A DNA stretch of 64,000 nt from an uncultured Actinomycetes bacterium. Its GTDB lineage: Bacteria; Actinomycetota; UBA4738; JBBDTT01. The stretch covers positions 608,001-672,000 of the forward strand of contig CAVUMN010000003.1 of assembly GCA_963742735.1 (NCBI GenBank). Direction: 5' to 3'. Position numbers and translations under genes: made by a program. The notes under the pieces were generated by a model. It did no database searches. It saw only the letters and a list, made by a program, of their open reading frames with translations, and was not told the origin of the DNA. Shown here piece after piece: positions 41,404 to 49,515 of this stretch (position 1 is its first letter; each line of letters begins with the position of its first letter).

Positions 41404-42720
41404 GTGGGCCGATACCTGATCCGCACCTTCGGGTGCCAGATGAACGAGCACGACTCCGAGCGGATCGCCGGGCTCCTCGAGGCGGACGGGATGGTTCCCA
41501 CCGACGAGGCGGCCGAGGCCGAGGTCGTCGTCCTCAACACCTGCGCCGTCCGCGAGAACGCCGACAACCGCCTCTACGGGAATCTCGGACGCCTTCGGCC
41601 GCTCAAGCTCGAGAACCCCCGCATGCGCATCGTGGTGGCCGGATGCCTGGCCCAGAAGGACCAGGGCGAGATCCAGCGCCGGGCTCCGTGGGTCGACGTC
41701 GTCATCGGAACCCACGCCCTGCCCCGGCTGCTGGAGCTGATACGACGAGGCGGAGCGCGACGGGCCCCAGATGGACGTCCGCGAATACACCGAGGTGTTT
41801 CCCTCCGCGCTTCCGGCGCGGCGAGCGTCCCGCCACCACGCGTGGGTATCCATCGCCACCGGTTGCGACAACCACTGCACGTTCTGCATCGTCCCCCTGG
41901 TTCGCGGTCCTCAGCGATCGCGGGCGATCGGCGACGTCCTCGCCGAGGTCCAGGGCCTCGCCCGTGACGGGGTCCTCGAGGTCACGCTCCTGGGCCAGAA
42001 CGTCAACACCTACGGACGCGACCTGACGATCCCCGGCTCGGGCTCCCGGCCGCAGTTCGGCCGCCTGCTGCGCGAGGTCGATGCGATCGAGGGCATCCGC
42101 CGGATCCGATTCACCAGCCCGCATCCACACGACTTCACCCCCGACGTGATCGAGGCGATGGCCGAGAGCGCCTCGGTGTGCGAGCACATCCACTTCCCGT
42201 TGCAGTCCGGCTCCGACCGTGTGTTGCGCGAGATGCAGCGGTCGTACCGGGCCGGCCGGTATCTGGGCTGGCTCGAGCGGATCCGAGCGGCCATCCCCGA
42301 CGTCGCCGTCACCACCGACATCATCGTGGGATTCCCGGGCGAGACCGAGGCCGACTTCGGGGACACCCTTCGCGTCGTCGAGGAGGCGCGGTTCGACGCC
42401 GCCTTCACCTTCCAGTACTCGCCGCGCCCGGGGACCGCGGCGTTCGGCCGGGAGGACCTGGTGCGGCCCGACGCGGTGCGCGATCGGTTCGATCGCCTGG
42501 TGGAGCTCCAGGAGCGGATCTCGCTCGAGCGCAACCGTGCGCTACGAGGGCCGGGTCGTGGAGGTCCTTGCGGAGGGTCGCGGGCGCAAGGGCGGGCCCA
42601 GGCCCGGACCCGGACGAACCTCGTCGTCAACGTCGCGGAGCCCCTCGAGCCGGGCACGTTCTCCGAGGTCCGGGTCACCGCGGCCCATCCACACCATCTC
42701 GATCGGCGACCCTGCTGGAG
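41404..42720 (+). CDS. miaB: tRNA-2-methylthio-N6-dimethylallyladenosine synthase (frameshifted; 3' end unresolved)
   Basis: [62 protein letters not shown]-like end. Confidence 0.93.
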
Positions 42721-42741
42721 CCCGTCCCGCGTCCCGGCGTC

Positions 42742-43655
42742 CCGAGGTACGCGCTCGTCGGCCCGACCGCCTCCGGCAAGACCGACGCGGCCCTCGCCCT
42801 CGCCGCCCGGCCTCGGCGCCGAGATCGCTGAGCATCGACTCCATGCTCGTCTACCGGGGGATGGACGTCGGGACCGCGAAGCCGACGCCGGCGGAGCGGG
42901 CCCGGGTCCCGCACCATCTGATCGACCTCGCCGAACCCGGCGAGACGTTCTCAGTCTCCGTGTTCCAGCGGGACGCCGGTGCCGTGCTCGCCCGGCTGGA
43001 CGCCCGCGGGGTCCCGCCCCTCCTGGTGGGGGGCTCCGGCCTCTACTTCCGCGCGGTCGTCGACGGGCTCTGCGTTCCCGGGGACCGATCCCCGGACCCG
43101 CCGGGAGCTGGAGATCGAGGGCGCGCTGGTCGGGTGCCCCGGCGCTGCACGAGCGCCTTCGCTCGTTCGATCCCGCCGCCGCCGAGCAGATCGAGCCGGG
43201 CAACCTCCGCCGCACCGTCCGGGCCCTCGAGGTCGCGGCGCTCACCGGCCGCCCGTTCTCGTCGTTCGCGGCGGCGTGGGACGAGTATCCGGGCTCCGAG
43301 CTGCGCGCGGCTGGGGTGCACATGGCCGCGCCGGTCCTGTACCGGCGGATCGAGGACCGGGTGGACGCGATGCTGGCGGCCGGTTGGCTGGACGAGGTCC
43401 GCGGCCTGGTGGAACGGGGGTTCGGCGCGTCCCTGACGTCCCGCCAGGCCATCGGCTACGCTGAATTGGTCGCTCACCTCGAGGGCCGGACCTCGCTCGA
43501 CGAGGCCCGGGCCTCCACGATGAAGCGGACCAAGGCGCTCGCCCGCCGGCAGATCGGCGTGGTTCCGGCGGGACCCCCGCATTCGCTGGTACGAAGCGGG
43601 GGAGGGGGGCGCGATGGACGTGATCGAGGACGTGAAGGAGCACTACGGGTCATGA
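42742..43655 (+). CDS. miaA: tRNA dimethylallyltransferase (frameshifted; no start codon seen)
   Basis: VGPTASGKT, DSMLVYRGMDVGTAKP, PHHLID, VGGSGLY, RRTVRALEV, QAIGY. Confidence 0.92.
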
Positions 43656-44538
43656 GGATCGCGAAGTACCACGGCACCGGGAACGACTTCGTCGTTCGTC
43701 GAGGACCTCGACGACCGCGCGCCCGGCGAGCCCGGCGCTGATCCGGGCCCTGTGCGACCGGCACCGCGGCATCGGCGCCGACGGGCTGATCCGCGTCGTT
43801 CGGGGCACCGAGGGCGACTTCTTCATGGACTACTGGAACCGCGACGGCGAGGTCGCCGCAGATGTGTGGCAACGGCATCCGCTGCCTGGGCAAGTTCGTC
43901 TTCGACCGCGGCCTCACCGACCGTGACGGAGCTCGACGTCGAGACCCGCGCGGGGGTCAAGCATCTGGTCATGGAGACCGACGGCGGCCGCGTGTCGCGG
44001 GTAACGGTCGACATGGGCCCGCCCGCGTTCGAGCTCGGCGAGCTGCCGATGCGGGGCGACCCGGCGTCGACCGTTCCTGGACGGAGCCGTTCGAGGCCGA
44101 CGGCACGGACGTGGCGAGCCTCGGCGGTGTCGATGGGCAACCCGCACCTCGTGGTGCTTCCTCGACCCCGAGCGAGGACCTGGCCGCGCTCGACGTCCCC
44201 CACCTCGGCCCGCAGATCGAGCACGACCCCCGGTTCCCGGAGCGCACCAACGTCGAGTTCGTCCACGCCGTCGACGGCCGGGTGGCCATGCGGGTGTGGG
44301 AGCGGGGCTCGGGCGAGACCATGGCGTGCGGCACCGGCGCGTGCGCGGTGCTGGTCGCCGCCAACCTCGCCGGCCTGGCGAAGCGGCAGTCGGAGATCGA
44401 CGTGCCCGGTGGCGACGCTGTTCATCGACTGGCGGGACGACGACCACGTGTTCCTGTACCGGCCCGGCCGACGTTCGTGTTCGAGGCGGACCTGGACGCC
44501 GCAGTGGGTGCGCGGAGGCGGGGGCGGCGTTCGCGTGA
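43652..44538 (+). CDS. dapF: Diaminopimelate epimerase (frameshifted)
   Basis: [47 protein letters not shown]. Confidence 0.92.
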
Positions 44539-45708
44539 GGGTCGCCCGCCGGATCGAGACGCTCCCGCCGTACCTGTTCGCCGAGCTGGACCGACGACTC
44601 GCGGCCAAGCGCGCCGAGGGCGTCGACGTGATCTCGCTCGGCGTGGGCGACCCCGACTCGCCGACTCCTCGCCACATCGTCAAGGCGATGCAGCGAGGCG
44701 GCGGAAGACCCCGCGCACGCACCAGTACCCGAGCTACTACGGCATGCCCGCGTTCCGAGCGGCCATCGCCGAGCTGGTACGCGACGGCGGTTCGGCGTCG
44801 ACCCTCGACCCCGAGACCCAGGTCATGCCGCTGATCGGGTCGAAGGAGGGACTGGCGCACATCGCCGTCGCGTTCATCGATCCCGGCGACGAGGCGCTGG
44901 TCCCCGACCCGGGCTACCCGGTGTTCGGGATCGGCACGATGCTCGCGGGCGGCACGCCGGTGTCCATGCCCCTCGACGCGCCGAGCGGGTTCCTTCCGGA
45001 CCTGGACGCAGGCGCCCGGTCGGTCCCAACACCAAGGTGCTGTGGCTGAACTACCCGAGCAACCCGACCGCCGCGGTGGCCGACGCTGCCGTTCTTCGAG
45101 CGAGCGGTGGCGTTCGCGCCGTAGCACGACCTGCTGCTGGCCCACGACGCCGCGTACTCGGAGATGACGTTCGACGGGTACGTCGCCCCGCAGCGTGCTG
45201 CAGGTCCCGGGCGCCAAGGACGTCGCGATCGAGTTCGGCTCCGTGTCCAAGACCCACAACATGACCGGCTGGCGGGTCGGCTGGGTGGTCGGCAACGCCG
45301 AGGCGATCCGCGCGCTCGTCGACGTGAAGACCAACCTGGACTCGCGGGATCTGGAACGCGGTGCAGCGGGCGGCCATCGCGGCCCTCGACCGGACCGACA
45401 GGATCACGTCGAGGAGCTGCGCGCCCGTACTCGCAGCGGCGCGACGTGGTCGTCGAGACGCTTCACGCTCGCTCGGCTGGGACGTGAAGCCGCCGCGCGG
45501 GTTCGATCTACGTCTGGGTGCCCACGCCCGAGGGCGAGGGCTCGGCCGAGTTCGCCGACCGGCTGCTCGACTCGACCGGGGTCTTGGTCGCGCCCGGCAG
45601 CGGCTACGGCGCCGCGCGGGCGAGGGCTACTTCCGGGTCTCGCTCACGGTGCCGGACGATCGCCTGGCCGAGGCGATGGACCGCATCCGGGGGGCGCTCT
45701 CCCGCTGA
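44535..45708 (+). CDS. dapL: Class I/II PLP aminotransferase, probably LL-diaminopimelate aminotransferase (frameshifted)
   Basis: [53 protein letters not shown]; GTGA-coupled to dapF. Confidence 0.7.
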
Positions 45709-47051
45709 CCGAGCGAACGGGACGCCGCCGCGGCGTCGCTCCTCGCGCGAGTCGCCGCTCTCCGCGACGTGGCGCCCGGCCGTCCCCGAGCGGGCGGTCC
45801 TGGTCGGCGATCGGCAACGCCGGTCACCTGGAGGAGCTCGCGGCCCTCGCCGACAGCGCCGGCGCCGAGCCCGTCGCCGAGGTGGTCCAGGCGCGCGCCA
45901 GATCCCGACCCCGCCACGTTCGTCGGCAAGGGCACCCTGGAGCGGGTCCACCAGGAGGTCCACGCCTCGCGACGCCGGGCTGGTGATCCTGGACGAGGAG
46001 CTCTCGCCCGGGCAGCTGCGCAACGTGGAGGAGCGGCTGGGCGTGAAGGTGGTCGACCGGACCGCCCTGATCCTCGACATCTTCGCCCTGCACGCGCGGC
46101 AGCCGCGAGGGCAAGGCCCAGGTCGAGCTCGCCCAGCTGAACTACCTGCTGCCCCGCCTCCGCGGCTGGGGCGAGGCCATGTCCCGGCTGGGCGGCGGCA
46201 TCGGCACGCGGCGGTCCCGGCGAGACGAAGCTCGAGGTGGACCGCCAGCACATCCGCCGCCGCATCACGAAGCTTCGCCGCGACATCAAGGACCTCGCCG
46301 GACGCGCGGCCGTGAAGCGCTCGGCCGCGGGAGCGGTCCGGGCGTTCCGCAGATCGCGATCGCCGGCTACACGAACGCCGGCAAGTCGACGCTGCTGAAC
46401 GCGCTGACCGGCCCGGACGTCGTGGTGGCCAACCAGCTGTTCGCCACGCTCGATCCGACCACCCGCCGGCTCGCGCTGCCCGGCGGACGCAAGGCGGCGA
46501 TGTCCGACACGGTCGGGTTCGTCCGCAAGCTGCCCCACGACCTGGTCGAGGCGTTCCGCTCGACCCTCGAGGAGGTCGCGCGCGCGGACCTGATCCTGCA
46601 TGTCGCCGACGCCTCGGCGCCTGAGCGTCGACGAGCAGATCGCAGGCGGTGCGCGACGTCCTGGCCGAGATCGGCGCCGGCCGAGCATCCCGGAGGTCCT
46701 CGCCCTCAACAAGATCGACCGCCTGTCGGCGGTCGATCGTGCGCCGAGTGCGCCGGCGGCACCCGGGCTCCGTACTGGTCTCGGGCCGTACGCGGGAGGG
46801 CCTGGACGACCTGCTGGAGGCGGCCGCGAACGCGCTGCCGTCGCCGCCGGTGGAGGTTCGGCTGCTGGTGCCCCACGACCGTGGCGACCTCCTCGCCCGG
46901 CTGTACCGGGAGGCCGAGGTCCTGGCGGCGGAGGCGGGCCCGGAGGGGACGACCGTCCATGCTCGGGTGGGGGAGCAGCACCTGCCCGCCGTCGGTGAGT
47001 ACCTGCTGAAGCCGGTCTCCACCCGGCGGGACGCGTTCGGGCTCGCGGTAG
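45705..47051 (+). CDS. hflX: GTPase HflX (frameshifted; ends inferred)
   Basis: [54 protein letters not shown]. Confidence 0.9.
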
Positions 47052-47055
47052 CTGC

Positions 47056-47676
47056 CTACCGGAGGGTGCGGAGCACCGCGACCACCCGGCCGAGGATCCG
47101 GCCGTCGGTCATCTCGAACGGGTCCAGGTCCGGGTTCTCCGGGACGAGCATCACGCGACCGTCCTCGCGGCGCAGCCGCTTCACGGTCGCCTCGTCCTCG
47201 GCGAGCCCGGGCAGGAGTGCCGCGACGATCTCGCCGTCGGCGGCCTCGTCCCGTTGCTCGATGACGACCAGGTCCCCGTCGAGGATGCCGGCGCCGATCA
47301 TCGAGTCGCCGGCGACCCGAAGTGCGAACAGTTCGCCGTCGGGGACGAGGCCCTTCGGCAGCGCCAGGTGGTCCTCCACGTGCTCCACGGCCAGGAGCGG
47401 CGTGCCGGCCGCGATGCGCCCGAGGAGGGGGACCGACACCGCGTCGGGGCGGGCTTCCACGGAGGAGCCGTGGACCTCGATGGCCCGCGGCTTGGTCGGG
47501 TCCCGTCGCAGGTAGCCCTTGCGCTCGAGCGCCGAGAGCTGGCTGTGCACGCTCGAGGAGCTGGTGAGGCCCACGGCCTCGCCGATCTCTCGAACGGTTG
47601 GTGGGTACCCGCGCTGGTCGCGGGTCTTTTGGATGTAGTCGAGGATGCGCTGCTGCCGGGTCGTGAGCGTCTCCAT
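47056..47676 (-). CDS. lexA: SOS repressor LexA
   Basis: LTTRQQRIL, GYPPTVREI, GRIAAG, GDSM, EATVKR; GGAGG SD. Confidence 0.97.
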   Translation of the reverse strand: METLTTRQQRILDYIQKTRDQRGYPPTVREIGEAVGLTSSSSVHSQLSALERKGYLRRDPTKPRAIEVHGSSVEARPDAVSVPLLGRIAAGTPLLAVEHVEDHLALPKGLVPDGELFALRVAGDSMIGAGILDGDLVVIEQRDEAADGEIVAALLPGLAEDEATVKRLRREDGRVMLVPENPDLDPFEMTDGRILGRVVAVLRTLR

Positions 47677-47722
47677 AAGGGCACCTCCTTGGGCGGACGC
47701 TAGCACCGGCCTCCTGCGGAAG

Positions 47723-47774
47723 CAAACACCTGTTCGAATTCGTGCTTGACACCCGAACACACGTTCGTCATACT
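47723..47774. promoter_or_regulatory. Two LexA boxes and a sigma-A promoter between divergent lexA and the LysM gene
   Basis: CAAAC-ACCT-GTTCG (47723-47736); CGAAC-ACAC-GTTCG (47754-47767) inside TTGACA(47746)-17 nt-CATACT(47769). Confidence 0.88.
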
Positions 47775-47780
47775 CGCCCC

Positions 47781-48083
47781 ATGACTCGAACGCGCGTTCG
47801 ATGGGGACGGCTGAGTGGGCTGGCGGTCACGGCCGCCCTGGCGGTCGCGCTGGCCGGCGGCGTGGCCCGTGCCGGCGACGCGGACGGTCCGTTCCCCGGC
47901 GCGAAGGCCGCCGCGGTTCGCACCTACACGGTCGACCCCGGCGACACCGTGTGGGGGATCGCTCGCGGCCTGGTCGGCTCCGAGGCCGACCCGCGGCCCA
48001 TGGTCGAGCGGATCCTCCGGGAGAACGGGCTGCAGGCCGGGGACCTTCAGGCAGGACAGACCCTCGTCCTGCCGGCCTCCTAG
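47781..48083 (+). CDS. SOS-inducible membrane LysM protein (YneA/ChiZ/DivS-like division inhibitor), probably leaderless
   Basis: TM then YTVDPGDTVWGIA..I..NGL..LQAGQTLVLP; divergent from lexA; ATG 6 nt after the -10. Confidence 0.85.
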   Translation: MTRTRVRWGRLSGLAVTAALAVALAGGVARAGDADGPFPGAKAAAVRTYTVDPGDTVWGIARGLVGSEADPRPMVERILRENGLQAGDLQAGQTLVLPAS

Positions 48084-48085
48084 CC

Positions 48086-48763
48086 TCAGCCCAGTGGCGC
48101 CACCGACTGGACCCCCGGCATCCGCGCCAGCGCACCGATGAGCGCGTCCATCTCCGCCTCGGTCTCCACGCGCACCTCCAGGAGCACCCGCTGCGTGCCG
48201 TCGGCGTCGATCTCGATCTCCGCCCTCAGCAGCCCGAGGGAGGCCTGCCGCGCCGCCGCGACCAGCGCGCCGGCGTCGGCGCCGGGGGCCGCCCGGATGA
48301 CGATGTCCCCCCGGTCGCTGCCCAGGCGGTGGACCCATCGCCGGGCCGGGCGCAGGGCGTACAGCGCCACCAGCGCGATCGCCGTGGCGGCCAGGGCGAG
48401 GTCGTACGCGCCCAGCCCGACCCCGGTCCCGATCGCCGCGACGACCCACAGCCCGGCCGCGGTGGTGAGCCCCCGGATGGTGAGCCCGTCCTTGATGATG
48501 GCGCCTGCGCCCAGGAAGCCGATCCCCACCACGATCTGGGACACGACCCGGCTCGGGTCGAACCGGGTCGGGGTGTCCAGCGCCCCCGCGGCACGGTCGA
48601 TCCCGAACGTCGAGATCAGCGTGAACAGGCAGGCACCGATGGCGACCAGGATGTTGGTGCGCAGGCCGGCGGGCTGCTCGTTGCGCTCGCGCTCGAACCC
48701 GATCGTGGCCCCCAGGAGCGCGGCCAGGAGCAGCCGAAGCAGGTTCTCCACCGTCTCGGACAC
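48086..48763 (-). CDS. MgtC/SapB family membrane protein
   Basis: IGFERE, AGLRT, DPSRV..QIVVGIGFLGAG, GLTTAA. Confidence 0.93.
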   Translation of the reverse strand: MSETVENLLRLLLAALLGATIGFERERNEQPAGLRTNILVAIGACLFTLISTFGIDRAAGALDTPTRFDPSRVVSQIVVGIGFLGAGAIIKDGLTIRGLTTAAGLWVVAAIGTGVGLGAYDLALAATAIALVALYALRPARRWVHRLGSDRGDIVIRAAPGADAGALVAAARQASLGLLRAEIEIDADGTQRVLLEVRVETEAEMDALIGALARMPGVQSVAPLG

Positions 48764-48798
48764 GTCCGGGGCAGCATACGGGGGGACGGGGGCCGGCG

Positions 48799-48851
48799 TT
48801 GACCCCTCGCCCGGGCTTCGCTACCGTGGCCTCACCACAACATGTTGTGGT
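48799..48851 (+). promoter_or_regulatory. nrdR promoter with NrdR box
   Basis: TTGACC(48799)-17 nt-TACCGT(48822); perfect palindrome ACCACAACATGTTGTGGT at 48834-48851. Confidence 0.85.
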
Positions 48852-48864
48852 CGGAGGGGATCAC

Positions 48865-49338
48865 GTGCGCTGTCCGTGGTGCGGGAACCAGGATGACCGG
48901 GTCGTCGACTCCCGGACGGCCGAGGACGGGGTCGCCATCCGCCGCCGGCGCCAGTGCGCCAACTGCGGCCGGCGGTTCACGACCTACGAGCGGGCCGAGG
49001 ACGTCGCGCTGACCGTGATCAAGCGCGACGGCACGAAGATCCCGTACGACCGGGCGAAGGTCATCTCGGGCATCGCCAAGGCCATGACGAACCGGCCGTT
49101 CTCCGATGAGGACGTGGCCCGCATCGCCGACCGGGTGGAGGAGAAGCTCCGCCGCAAGGGCCCCTCGGTCACCACCCAGGACATCGGGCTGGAGGTCCTC
49201 GCCCGCCTGCGCCCGATCGACGAGGTCGCGTACGTGCGCTTCGCCAGCGTCTACAAGGACTTCAAGGAGATCTCGGATTTCGAGCGCGAGCTCGGGATGC
49301 TCCTCCAGAAGCGTCAGCCCGCCAAGAAGTCGCGGTAG
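48865..49338 (+). CDS. nrdR: Transcriptional repressor NrdR
   Basis: CPWC, VVDSR, IRRRRQC..CGRRFTTYE, ATP cone, DEVAYVRFASVY. Confidence 0.98.
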   Translation: MRCPWCGNQDDRVVDSRTAEDGVAIRRRRQCANCGRRFTTYERAEDVALTVIKRDGTKIPYDRAKVISGIAKAMTNRPFSDEDVARIADRVEEKLRRKGPSVTTQDIGLEVLARLRPIDEVAYVRFASVYKDFKEISDFERELGMLLQKRQPAKKSR

Positions 49339-49384
49339 TCCACCGGATTTCCACCGCGCGTCCACCGCTCGTACACAGGTTATT

Positions 49385-49468
49385 CCACAACATGTTGTGG
49401 TATTGTATCGGCTCAACCCCAACATGTATGCGAAAAGGGCTTGACGCCCGCGGGGGGATGCGTAGAAT
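49385..49468 (+). promoter_or_regulatory. Tandem NrdR boxes and nrdJ promoter
   Basis: CCACAACATGTTGTGG (49385) and CCCCAACATGTATGCG (49417), 32 bp apart; TTGACG(49441)-16 nt-TAGAAT(49463). Confidence 0.85.
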
Positions 49469-49515
49469 CACCGCGCTGTAATTCTTCCTCCTCGATCGGA
49501 AAGGGGAGCCCGACC

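Noticed and set aside
39404-47051. Calling rny, miaB, miaA, dapF, dapL and hflX pseudogenes or programmed frameshifts
   Set aside because: Motifs intact, insertion-biased errors in a bounded block, no consistent slippery sites; sequencing error is simpler
49339-49515. Cobalamin riboswitch near nrdJ or the adenosyltransferase
   Set aside because: No B12-box-like sequence seen; the space is accounted for by operators and promoter
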